Below are positions 38,392 through 50,597 of a stretch of DNA of 64,000 nt, in pieces. Each line of letters starts with the position of its first letter. Position 1 is the stretch's first letter. Source of the DNA: Geosiphon pyriformis uo1 (lineage: Eukaryota; Fungi; Glomeromycota); contig JAAOMT010000790.1 in NCBI GenBank assembly GCA_016748015.1, positions 137,479-201,478 of the forward strand. Reading direction: 5' to 3'. The translations under genes and the position numbers were made by a program. The notes beneath the pieces were generated by a model. That model saw nothing but the letters and a program-made list of their open reading frames with translations, ran no database searches and had not been told where the DNA came from.

Positions 38392-39718
38392 GTATTCTAT
38401 GTACTTAGGTAGTGGTTGGGCTGCACTTGTAAAATCTTTAATAAAAAAAAAAAATATTTATTTATTATAAATATATATTTGTATTTATTATTTTGTTTTT
38501 ATATAATATTATAAATTTTTTATAATTTAATACAAAATTCATATTTATTAAAAAAATATGTTTTTTTTTATTTTTAAACTTAAAATTTTTAAGCAAATAA
38601 AAAATTAATTTAAATATATTTTTAATTTAAAAACCAATAAAACAAATTTTGGTTTCAAAATTTATAATAAAATTAAATTGAATTAACATAAAAAATACAA
38701 TTAAGTTTATTAAAAAAGTAATAAATTCAATCAAATTTAATAATTTTTAAAATTTAAACTTAAATAAATTAATTTTAATACTAAAATTAATATTATTAAT
38801 AAAAATAACATAATTTAAAAAGACAATAATTTTAAAATAAGATATTAAATTAATAAATTAAACTACTAAACTTATAAATATAATAAAAAACTTAAAATTT
38901 TGGTTAAAAAAACAGCAAAATTAAATAATTTAAACTTAATATTTGTAATAAAAAAAGTTTTATAGTATTATTATCATTTATATTATTAATTAAAAATAAA
39001 ATAATATTAGTTTTATTAGATTATATAAACATATATAAATTTTTTATAAAGCTGTTTTATTTATAATTTTAATATTGTTTAATTTTTTCAAATTTATATA
39101 ATAAGTTTTTTCTATTATTAAATTTTTAAAATTGTTAATATTAAATATATTATTAATACTATTGGTTTTGCTGTTTATTTTATTGTTTTAAGATTTAAAT
39201 ATTTTAAAAACACCAAAATTCAAAATATTTATATTTAAAAAACCAGTAAATAAATTAATTATACTAGTTTTAAAACCCAACTTTTTGTTTTTTTGTTAAT
39301 GTATTTTTAATTATATTTTATGTAATTTACTTAAAAAAAAGTTAATATATTAAAATAATTAGTTTTTTTTAAAATATAAATAAAAATTTAAGTATATTAA
39401 CAATATAAAAATCTGTTTAATATATAAATTATAATAAAATAATATTTTTATATATATTTTATACAATAACTTTAGTATATAATCTTTAACAACTTATATT
39501 TTTAGCTCTTAAAATTAATATTTAATTATTTAATCTTGTTAATACAAAACTTAAAATATTTTGCTTTATAATATTTTTTTAATATTTTTTCGCAGCTATT
39601 TTAATTTTTTGTTGTACATTTAAAAAAAATTTTAATAATTACAAAGTTTTTAAATTATATTATAATATTTCTAAATCATAAGTACAGTATTTCTTAAATT
39701 TATTTTTAAATAAATAAA

Positions 39719-39987
39719 GAGAATTGCTAAATCGACCCACCGCAACACGTGATATAATTTTACGTCATAGTTTCGTATTCAACTATATATAGGAACATAT
39801 TAACGAATATTATGGTTGTTCACAACGAAGTGTTTTTTAATTATAAAACACTATAAATTACTTATGGCATAATAAAAAATTAAATATATAATCTATATTC
39901 AATTTTATATTAGAAAAAGTTATTTTTTATTAAAATTCTATATATATTAATATCACGTGTTGCGGGTGGGTCGATTTAGCAATTCCC
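39719..39987. mobile_element. MITE / non-autonomous DNA transposon, 269 bp, ~37-bp TIRs
   Basis: GAGAATTGCTAAATCGACCCACCGCAACACGTGATAT (39719-39755) vs rc of 39950-39987 (1 mismatch, 1 indel); flanks TAAATAAA / TAAATAAT. Confidence 0.85.
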
Positions 39988-40129
39988 TAAATAATATAAA
40001 TTTATTTAAAAATAATATTTAATTATTGGCATTTTTAATTTAGATATTACTGATCAGGGATAAATAAAAATAAAAATTTAGGTCACTGATCTAACTTTTT
40101 GGTTCTTACCTACTATTCTATTACAAACC

Positions 40130-42339
40130 ATGAGGTTTTATGTGGGAGACGAGAACGGGCTTATCAAAAGTAAAGACAATATAAAATACGATAATACATT
40201 TGTTTAAATCGAACTTTGTTTTCCATTATTATAATTTAATCAAACGCTTGGTGTGAATTCATACTTTCAGCTGTTGTTATACCGAGTAACTCTATCACAT
40301 TAAACCCTAAAGACCCACCTGCCCTGCAGACAACTGTTAAACCATGGGGTTGTGTTGATCCGAGGCGTAACGTTAATTTAATGTGTAAACGTATAATCAC
40401 TGGAAATAATTCTGATTTCTCACAGGTACTTCATTATCCTTTATCATCATTTATCATCCTCATTTATCCTTAATTAATTGAAACCCTTTTAGTTTGTAAT
40501 AGCAAGACAAAATGGCCAAATTGAGATCGTCGATAAATCTTCTCCTGTTGAAATTAAGAGGGTCTACGAGTTCAAGGAGGAAACAATAATGTTACCTGAT
40601 ATGACTAAAAAAGAGAAAAATAAGATAAAATCGCTCGATGAAGATAACAAGAACAAAATTAATATCAACAACCATGAAAAAAATTCAAAAGGATTTATTG
40701 GATTGTTTGCCAATGAGAGGTAGATTATTTTAATACTCATTGTCTTGAGAAATTCATCGTTATTTTTAAAATTGAAAATCTTGGTATAATTAGTACCCTA
40801 GTAACGTGTACAGGTGCAGGAACGCTGCGTTATTGGACTATACCATCAGATCCGGTAGGCCCAACTAATTCACTCATGTAAAATAGGTGTTTGGGACCGG
40901 AAAACTTTTGAACATAGCTTTATTCAAATTTCCAAGTTGTTCTTTGAATTTAGATGATATGGTGCAGTATGAAAAAAGGAATTAGGTTCAAGTGTTCCTA
41001 TCATCTAATCCTCTTTCTGAATCGTATTTTTCATACAGTTGGGTGCACCTTTAACAATAAAAGATACTTTAAATATCCAACTTCCATTAGACCTTTGCCG
41101 TTTACGCGTACTTCCTAAACAACCTAATTTAATAGCATTCGGCGGGAAAGAACGTGACCTTAGTGTATGGGATGTCAACGGCTCACAAGTTAATAAACCT
41201 GAAGAAACTAAAAATTCACCAATCCGACCCATAATTAAGCATAAACCTCTAAATAAATATCAAAAAGTGGAACAAAAGGAAAGTTGCAGACGGATATGGA
41301 ACGCCAAGAATTTTCCCAATGATGCTCTCTCCCTTCGCCACCCTATCTGGATTACGGATCTACAGTTCATGAGCGAAGATGATCCTTCAAAGATTGTCGT
41401 AGGGACCAAATATAAACAGGTATTAGTAATATATCTTTTGATAATTTATCTTGTTCAAAGCCGTATCAAACTTAATTTAATCTACAAAATTTTAAGATAC
41501 GTTTGTATGATATTAGAACACAGAGAAGACCCGTATTAAATGTTATAATCGGTGAAAATCCCGTGGCATCTGTTAGCATGGGAAGAAATCCATAGTTAGT
41601 TTCATGAATTTCATTTTTAATTTTACAGATTTGGTGTTGTTTTAGGGTTCTAAGTTTATTGGATTTTCCCATAATCTCAACTAACTTAGTGAGATCGTGG
41701 CAGGGGATACAGCACTTTCTGTATTATCCATGGACATAAGAACAGGTGAAAAGCCTAGTGATTTTATTTTTATTTTTTCTTGGATTAATACTTTTTTCTA
41801 TATTTGAAACCTATATAAAACGTTGGTTGCAAATCTAAAAGGCCAGTGCTTAGGTCATTATAAAGGTAAAGTTATTGTGAAAGTTGATTCGAGTCATCAT
41901 GATCGATATCAGTCTAGTCTCCTAAAAAGGCTTTGATTTAAATCTATAGGGTTCACCGGAGCTGTACGTGATTTAGCAATAGATCCGGCATCTTTGTCCT
42001 TGGTCTCTGTCTCATGTGATCGGTTTTTACGTGTGCATTCGACCAACGAAGGGCGCAAGTTGTTGAATAAAGTGTATTTGAAGCAGCGACTCACATGTCT
42101 TATTATTGATAAAGATAGCAAAGGTATTAATTTATCCAATCCTCAAAATGATCGACTCAAGCAATTACCAAAATGCTAATATTTTCAATTCGGTGCTGAT
42201 AGATTACAATAATGCAAATAAAAGAGCGCAGGAGGATGATCAAGAAGAAGAGATATGGCAACAAATGGAGTCGGTGGAACAAAATAAAATGAAAAAAAGG
42301 AAATTAGCCAAAAGTGACTCTAATGATGCAGATCTTTGA
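40130..42339 (+). CDS. NSA1: Ribosome biogenesis WD40 protein Nsa1/WDR74 (multi-exon)
   Basis: MRFYVGDENGLIK start; IAFGGKERDLSVWD, IWNAKNFPNDALSLRHPIWITDLQF, RLYD....RRPV, VSVSCDRFLRVH, KVYLKQRLTCL; GT-AG introns. Confidence 0.9.
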
Positions 42340-42646
42340 AGTGAGAAATATCAGAAATTCACATGATAAATGACCATCTTTCGATGATACAGAAACCTTA
42401 GTACGCGCAAAGATGTTAACTAAGTCAGACAAAGATGAAAATTAAGGCTGAGCCTTTTTAAACATTAAGTCTGAGATATAAGCATTTTTAGGTGATTCAA
42501 TTGTCCTAAAATGACTTTGAGGATATCTACCCCCGACTATATAGATAGTAGAGGCTTTAGACCCTTTTTTTTTTTTTTTACCTTGCACCCAATTTAGTAG
42601 ACAAATGTTACTAGTATTATACTTAGTTTAGCTAGCGAATTTGATT

Positions 42647-43809
42647 TCAAAATCCCTTTTTATGTAACCACAGTTTTATCTCCTGGTCAAAACGACCCTT
42701 GACTACAATCTGGCTACAATTCTGTTTGATGATGATGGTATGTTTTTTCCTACCCTTATTTGGAAACAGTTCTTGCCTCAGGTCTTCTACCAGGGCCTTT
42801 AGGATTTATCGAAAAAAATGGTTAAAAATAAAACATGTTCTCAACAGAATTGCAACAGATTTTTTACCTTTATATCTCCCTGGATACGTCTCACCACGGT
42901 CAATAACTGAGTACGTCCATTTCTTATATCGAAATATACAGGCAGCTCTTGATTTTTTGATCTTTCCACAAAATAGGAATATGAAATATGTTGACGGTTA
43001 TAGTTCTGTGGTTGAGTGGGGGGTACAAGGTGTTGATGTTTGATCTGTGTTCCTGGTGGGCCATGTAACGGTACTGGATTTAAATGGACCTTCAATGGTG
43101 GAACTTGAGGCTTGGAAGGATAAAAAGGTATTGATAGGATTTCTTGCTTATCATTTAAGGAGACCTTAGTTCTCTTGGCCACTTCGAATAGATTTTTGAT
43201 TCTTTCTAATTTAACCTGATAATAATTTTTGCATCTTTCCGGGACAATGTCTTTTGGATTGTAATTCCTTCGTGGAGGACGCGCGATCGCAGAATGCGGT
43301 ATTCCTAATGCTGAGTTTATACGTGGATTTATTGGTATTTTTTTTTTGGGATAACGGGGGCCTAAGCGTGGTAACGGTGGGGGTGGGTTTTCAACTCTGC
43401 CATAGAGTCTATATAAATTTTCTCGATATCGTCGCAGCGGTTTTTTAACAATACGGTTAGTTTTCCATGGGAACCCTTTGAACTTTGGAGGGGGGATTGC
43501 CGGGTGGGTCATTAAAGCTTTTGTGAATTTGTGGAATTAGAATTTCGAGGCCAAAGAAATATGGCCCCGAGAAAATATTCAAAGACATTGATAAGTGATT
43601 CGGAAATAGCCAACTAACGCGATGGATTTGAACAAGAAACCCTTACAGGGTTTTGGTAGTGCAAATGTAGGCTTGGGTTCGGGACGCGTAGAATGTTTTG
43701 AGCGAGAAATTTGTCGCGGGACAAAATTGAGTTTAATCATCTCGCTGCACAGTTGACTTCTAGCGAAACCGAAGGGTCTTGAATTAAATCCCATAGAACG
43801 AATAAACAT
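42647..43809 (-). CDS. IMG2: Mitochondrial ribosomal protein mL49/Img2 (3 exons, long basic Pro-rich N-terminal extension)
   Basis: YFVERSKNQELPVY..IRNGRTQLLTVVRRIQGDIK|ALVEDL...IVVKGRFDQEIKLWLHKKGF*; presequence-like N-terminus. Confidence 0.85.
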
Positions 43810-44308
43810 TTTTTGACAAAGTTGAAAACCGTAAAGAATTTGAGAAGTGCGGAACTTTGACTCTTTAATAAACCCTTTGATGTTTTCAGGTCTTGGCTAA
43901 AAATTCAGAATCAAATTAGTAAATTTTACGAGCTGTGGAAAAAGTTTTTGCAATGAGAAATTTTAGCTGATGAATCCATCTGGATTGTTAATTTTAAACA
44001 TTTAAATTATTTACTTTTTTAAATTTATTAAATAATAACAAAAATAATATTAAATCAAAAAGTTATTTATTTTAAATGTAAATTTTTATAAATTTTTATA
44101 AATTGATTATGCTTAAAACAAATAAATTTATTAAAGGTAAAATTTTTGCGAAAAAAATTACCTCATAATTTTTTTCCCGCCACAATCTAACTAATTATAA
44201 CCAGTTTTGTGATATGCATATATATTTTTTTTCGAACTACGTTGTATGCTTATTTAAGAAAACAGTTTTCTGTTAAATGAATAAATTAGGTGTTTTTAGC
44301 TAAAAATC

Positions 44309-45892
44309 ATGTCTGAATCAAAAATCAGGGTTGCTGTAATCACTGGAGCTAACAGGTATTTTCTTTTTTTCAATAAAAATTCATTGATACTTGAATATGG
44401 TATTGCTTTAATCTTTAATTGGAAATTATTGACCATCTTCCCAATTCAAATTGTCATCAAAAAAGTGGGATTGGTTTTGCAACCGCTCAGAGACTTTTAA
44501 AAGATTCATCAAGTAATTCTTCCGAATCTGTTAAAATAATCCTAGCATGTCGTAACCTTATAAGGGCTGATAAAGCACGTAATGAATTGTTAAAGGAATT
44601 TCCTGATGGTGATGTGGAAATTATTATTGTTGATGTTAGCTCAGTAAAATCAGTGTTCGTTTTTTGTAAAACATTAAAAGAAAGGTAGGCGTTTCTGGAT
44701 TTTTTGAATTATAATTTACAATATTAATTGATTGGAGAACTTCTCAGAACCTCAATTCATTTTAGATTAATACACAAGTAAATCAAAATTCAGCATTAAA
44801 TAACCGAATAAATCAATTATACGTATTTTTCTCATAAATATATCTTAGGTACCAAAAAATTGACTGGCTTTTTTGTAATGCTGGTATATTGGCCTGCGAT
44901 CATATAAATTGGTGGCTTGTATGTCGAGAAATCGTCACGCATCCTGTTAGACTTTTGACCGAGTCTCGCTGTTTGGTACAACCATTGCGTATTACCGATG
45001 AAGGTCTTGGTGAAACGTTTGCTTGCAACTTTTTCGGTCATTTTGTTATGGTAGGTAAAAGTTTAATGATTATTTACAATGTAGACACGTTCATGATCGA
45101 TACAAAATGATTTCTAACTTTTTTGTTTTCTTATAATAGGTTAATGAACTTGAAGATTTGCTCGCCGCTTCACATGATCCCAGAGTTGTATGGGTTAGTT
45201 CTTGCTCTGCTAGCCGAAAGGATTATGATAAAGATGATTTCCAATGTTTAAAAGGGTTGGTGTAAATATTTTCTAGTTTTTTTTTTTTTTTGATTATTAA
45301 TCTGCACATAAATGAACTTTAATATTGGTAAACTTGAAAATTTTCATAATCAGAAAATATCCTTATGAATCTTCCAAGTATTTGATCGACATTGTTGGGG
45401 TAGCTCTCAATGGCAGATTTAGAAATCGTAATATACACAGTTTCGTCACACATCCAGGCGTTGTTGCCACTAACATTATAAGGGATAATTTGGGTTGGGT
45501 GATGGCAAATGTCATGTCGACATGCTTTTATCTGGTAAACATAAACTTTTTAAATTTTGATCACCTCGAGCGGTGAAGGAATGGTTTTTTGAATGTATAT
45601 ATTTTTCTATTATTAAAATGCCCAAGAAACATTCATTCCCAATTTACAGGCTCGATTTTGTGGAGTCAATGAAGAAACGGTAACTAGTTGGAATGGTTCT
45701 TTCTCCAATTATTATGTGGTGACCAAGAATCCAATTGAATCACTAAAAACTAATGTCAAATATGGAACATATATCAAGCCATGGGGTTCGGTCTACATCC
45801 GAGAAGGCTCGATTGATCAATATGATGAAAAAGAGGCCACCGAGTTGTTGAAAAAATTATATGAAATTCTGAAAAATTTCAAAAACGAATAG
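44309..45892 (+). CDS. ERG27: 3-keto-steroid reductase (SDR; Erg27/HSD17B7), multi-exon
   Basis: VAVITGAN|SGIGFATAQRL, ILACRN, IDWLFCNAGI, ETFACNFFGHF, PYESSKY, VTHPGVVATNI. Confidence 0.88.
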
Positions 45893-46150
45893 CTTAATAA
45901 TAGTACAAATTATCGTCTATTGTTTCAACGATATTTATTTTCTAGCGAATATCACCATTTAAAATAATTTACAATAATAATAATAATAATAATTTAAATC
46001 TTATACTTCTTATTCTAAACTAAAAGATAGCAACAATGGGAATTTATATGATTTTCTGGATCGGCGATTCACCTGGAAGATTTTTCACAAATCACAATTT
46101 CGAATGTTAAGTCTTTGTTACTCCAGTCTTTTTTCCTTTTCTTCACAGCA

Positions 46151-46498
46151 ATGCTTAAACACATACCGAAGTATTGGCAACGAAAATTTAATATAATACA
46201 CACTTCTTATTCTCCTTTCTGGTTATCAAATAGTATTTATGCGAAAGAGGCAAAACACTATGGCATATCAAGTTCTGGAGCTCATTATAATTTATCTGTT
46301 CACCTTTCCACTAAGTTAAACCTGTCACACTCACCACATTTGTTGTTGGCTACAGGTCCAATTTTAAGTTTTCATTATTACAAAATTAATCAAGAATTTA
46401 CAAAATCAAAAATGGATATTTTTCGTGGATACATAACAGCTACCGAAAAGCTTGAGGATAAAAGTTGTAATAATAATAATTATAATAATTATAATAAT

Positions 46499-46544
<46 letters not shown>

Positions 46545-47257
46545 GCAAAAATTGGCCGAAACAACAAAATCCAACACCATTTGAGATTTTTAATTTGCGC
46601 CCAACTGCCTCCAATGCAGATGTCAAAAATCGTTATTATGAACTTGTTAAACAATATCATCCGGATCTGAGTGGTGATAAATCAAAAATTTGCCTAGATC
46701 GATTTCGTAAAATCGTGGCAGCATATGAGATTCTCGGCAATAATAAGAAGAAAGAACTTTATATCCGTCATGGATTCGGTTGGGAGAAATCTGGGGGCCT
46801 GTGGGATACTCACAATAATAATAATAATAATAATAGTAATAGTAATAGTAATAGTAATACCACAGGACCATCTCACCCTACTCATCATGACAGTAATAAA
46901 TATAATCCACAGAACGATTGGTGGGTTGAAGAGAGGTATAAAGGTGGATACAATTCTGGCCCATTATATATGGAGAATTCCTATATGGCTGCTCTTGTAA
47001 TTTTCTTGGGAATTTTTGGTAGCGTTGTAATATACATGCATATATTGACTCAATCAACTATGCTGAAAGCTTCAGCTGATCGGCGTCACTTGCAGACAAG
47101 CAAGGATCTCGCAAAGGTTAGACGTGATAGTCACTTATATGCTGAAAAGCGACGAGGAGAGTTGAGATTGATGGCGCATCAATATGGTGGCTGGGAATCT
47201 GATGGAAATGTATGCAATAGTGGTGACATCTTAAAGTCTTCAAGATTAGTTAAATGA
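46151..47257 (+). CDS. J-domain (DnaJ/Hsp40 class C) membrane protein, Jid1-like, probably mitochondrial; intronless
   Basis: PTPFEIF...VKNRYYELVKQYHPD...RFRKIVAAYEILGN; one hydrophobic helix near the C-terminus; first ATG 46151. Confidence 0.85.
46469..46540 (+). repeat. Coding (AAT)n microsatellite (poly-Asn); second AAT/AATAGT tract at ~46813-46858
   Basis: Read directly. Confidence 0.95.
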
Positions 47258-48971
47258 ACCATGGAGTATAGGAAGGAGACTAATCAAGGTTGAATTTATG
47301 CATTTGGACAAGTCTGACAATTCTTAGATTGCAATAGAAATTACTGATTATATTTCAGCTGTCTCTTGTTAACACTTGTCAAGAAATCTAAATCCAAACT
47401 ATGGTTGCTCAGTTACTCGTAGATATTTTCGACACTGCTCAACAAGTGAACCAAAAAACCTGTGGCTAAGGTTAAAGTTGCGAAAGAGAACCTTGATAAA
47501 AAATTAAGTCCTTCATGTGGTTCAAGCGTCACTAAAAAAGCAAGCGAAACCTCGTAGTATAGCAAAAGCATTTTTTACTGCTAAAGATGTAAGCAAACAG
47601 TCTTTACATCAATTGTCTCTTTGACGAATAATACTAATAGAAATTCTATTTTCGAAAACTTCATGTTAGCCAAGGAAGTTACACAATTATCCAATGAATT
47701 GAGAGAGACAAGCTTAGATTTAACTTTGTTTGTTGTCACAAACACTGATCTTCCAAATAGAGTACCCCATAATGACCTGAAGATCCCGATAATGATCTTA
47801 TTGAAGAAGCAATCCCAATTGTTCATTATAGCCAGAATCATGTAAGAAACAGATGTCACCAAAAAGGGGTTGCAATAACAACAGAAAATATGTTGGATTT
47901 CAGGAAATATCGGGAAAAAAAATTGCTTTTGGAGGAAATTGATAAAACCTCAGGGATTTTTATAATTGTGAGTTAATTTTTCATACTATTAAGTAAAAGA
48001 AGAAATTCATTGAATTTTACGTTTTCTTTGATACTTAATCTTAATTATGGAGTTGGTGAGGGCAAATAACAGCGACTTGCAAAGCTATTTCAAGATTGAA
48101 AACCCGATTGGATTGGGATCAAAAATTCGGTATGGCGACTGCTTTAGAATTTTGCCGTGGAAAGAATATATTTCATCATGATGTTAGAAGGTATTTAGAC
48201 CACCATATTATAAATTATCAAAGTTAGCTTTCAAGATAACGAAAATTTGAGGCTAATAATAATTTTGAATTATCATTCAAATCTTAAGTCATAATATCTT
48301 ATTCGAATCTGAGACTTACAAAATTTCAATTATCTCGAGCTTATACTTTTGATGCTCAGAGGTTTAAATATTCAATTGTCAACATTTTGGAGAAAATGAT
48401 AAATAGGATTTAGAATAACCGAGATATACGAGGGATTGTAATGTTTACAGAGTAAATATCTTCTGAGCTGAATGAAAGCAGCATATAAGAAACAATTTGG
48501 ACGATGGTAATTTCTATCAATAAATAAAATATAGGCAAAGATAGCCGATTATTGAACTTGATGTCAGTTTAAAAAAGTCCGGTAATTATTTATAGTTCAG
48601 CCTATTGCTGCTTTCCAAAAACATAAATTGAATGTTGGCGAGAATCTTTAAAAAAGGCTGATAGAATGGACAACCCTAGAATTAAAAGCCTTGTAGCAAT
48701 CGAGTTATTCTTTAAGCAAATTTTAATATATCAAAGTTTGAAATTTGTTTAGTGGGTTTATGATTCTGGTTTGCTTTTAGTTATCTGTTCAGCTTTTGAA
48801 TGTGGTAAACTAGTTGATTGTCATTATAAAGGGTAAAAGTGCAAATACTATTTGAAAAAAGCAACAAAGTAGTTAAAGTTTTTATCATTCAAAAAATCCA
48901 TTTTATTTAGAAATATTTATGAAAAAAATTATTTTTTACAATTTATTTAAGCAATATATTTTAATAATAAT

Positions 48972-49004
<33 letters not shown>

Positions 49005-49639
49005 TCATTTTACTTTTTATTATTAAAAATTATAAAAATTATAAAAAATTTAACATTTAAAAATATATAAAATTATAAAATTATAATATTGAATTTATTT
49101 ATTTTTTTTGATTAATTCATCTTATTCAAATTAACATTATGTTTTGATAAATTATTAACTTTATTAAAATTTTAATTGGTTTAACAAATATTTGAAAATT
49201 AAAGTAATATATATATACATTACATACTTATAATAAAGTGCATAAACTAAAAAAGAATATATATTAGATTATAAAATTATTGGGCTTCAAACAATTTTGC
49301 TGAATGACTTGTTAATAATTTGAAATGTAATGTTTGAATTAATTACACCAACAAAAAAGATCAATTGGTTGAATAAAGAGAAAATTTAGGATCAAACCAG
49401 ATTTGAAAATTAAAAATTTAGAACTTTTGACTTTAATTTAACTTTCATTCAACTGATTTAAAAAAAAATTTCAGAATTTGTTCTTAGCGTGTTAAATACA
49501 TTACACTACTTCAATGGCAGAATGCTACTTCAATTATAAGTACATCTTTCATTTTTATTCTTATAGTTTTTACAGAAAGATGTGGATAATCTGTGAACTT
49601 GCCCAGAATGTGCATTTGGCAGAACGTTAAAAGTTAATT

Positions 49640-50220
49640 TTATTCTTCAATGTTGACCAATAATAAGGAATCTATTTGTTTTATTGATAATCCATCCACT
49701 CTGACGGTCTTTTCTCGTGATTTTAATCCAGAAATTATCTGAACATCTGATTTTCGCAATTCAAGAATCTGGAAAGGATAAAATGATTTAATTGCACTCG
49801 AATTAAAATTAATCAATGATTTTTTTGATGCAGTGAGAAAACATACCTGGGCCAGAAATGAAATCACCTCTTTATTAGCCTCACCATCCTTTGGCGGTGC
49901 TGCAATCTTTTTCGACCATCAGAATGTTAAAATTTCATGACGAGAAGGCTCAAAATTCAGATTTTATAATATCACATCACTCAAAGAAATTAGGCCAGTT
50001 AGACATGTGTGTTCTCAAAACTCTTAACTTGTAGCCCAACATATTCATTCGCAATATCTGTAACTCGTGACTCTTTGGCCCCAGGCTTCACCAATAAACT
50101 AATCTTTATACTCCTTTCTGATAGTTGAGAAAATGGAGATTTAGTTTTACTATCTGTGTCAGTCGATTTTTCGCTTTTCTGATGTGAAGGATTTGAACTT
50201 GATTTTTTAGATTTTGCCAT
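49640..50220 (-). CDS. DUF167/YggU (UPF0235, C15orf40-like) protein, 3 exons
   Basis: ISLLVKPGAKESRVTDI..YVGLQ|IAAPPKDGEANKEVISFLAQ|ILELRKSDVQIISGLKSREKTVRV. Confidence 0.9.
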
Positions 50221-50597
50221 ATTGGTGAATAGGTGTTGGTAGTGAACGAATTTGAAGGGCTGTATCCCAAAACCTTGATATTAAGAGCGATTTTTAGTGA
50301 ATCACTTTAAAAGCCTGAAAAATTAAAAATTCAACCCTTTTAGTTATACTTTTAGCGGGCTTGTGAAAAATGAAGAGTGAAAGTTGCATAATGCAGGAGT
50401 AATTATTTAATAGCCTCTAAATTGGACTATATATACTATCTCTGAGAATCTTGGTTAATCCATGCAGATCAGAAACTACCAGGGCAAATAAGGATGAATT
50501 AGAATCGAGTTAGGGTCCCTTTTACTCAACTTCAAAAATTTTGTAGCAAAGCTTTAAGAGTACAAAAAAAGGCGATCCTCTCTTTGCTATCCAAAAA

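Larger units (their letters stand above)
31706..38451 (+). mobile_element. LINE Y body, youngest copy (rest of ORF1 with zinc knuckle, ORF2, 3' UTR, poly(A))
   Basis: ORF1 AKCAKYGNLGHISLGC, ends 32880; long ORF2 segments; AATAAA-poly(A) at 38440-38454; 23-bp TSD. Confidence 0.95.

Noticed and set aside
43967-43990. Hammerhead ribozyme core (CTGATGA followed by the ATCC-ATCT-GGAT hairpin)
   Set aside because: The required GAAA after stem II is absent (TGTT) and no stems I/III are evident.
46406-47000. Poly-Ile and poly-Tyr ORFs
   Set aside because: Alternative frames and strands of the AAT microsatellites in the J-domain gene.
47581-47862. Short ORFs between the J-domain gene and DUF167
   Set aside because: No recognisable motif or convincing exon structure.
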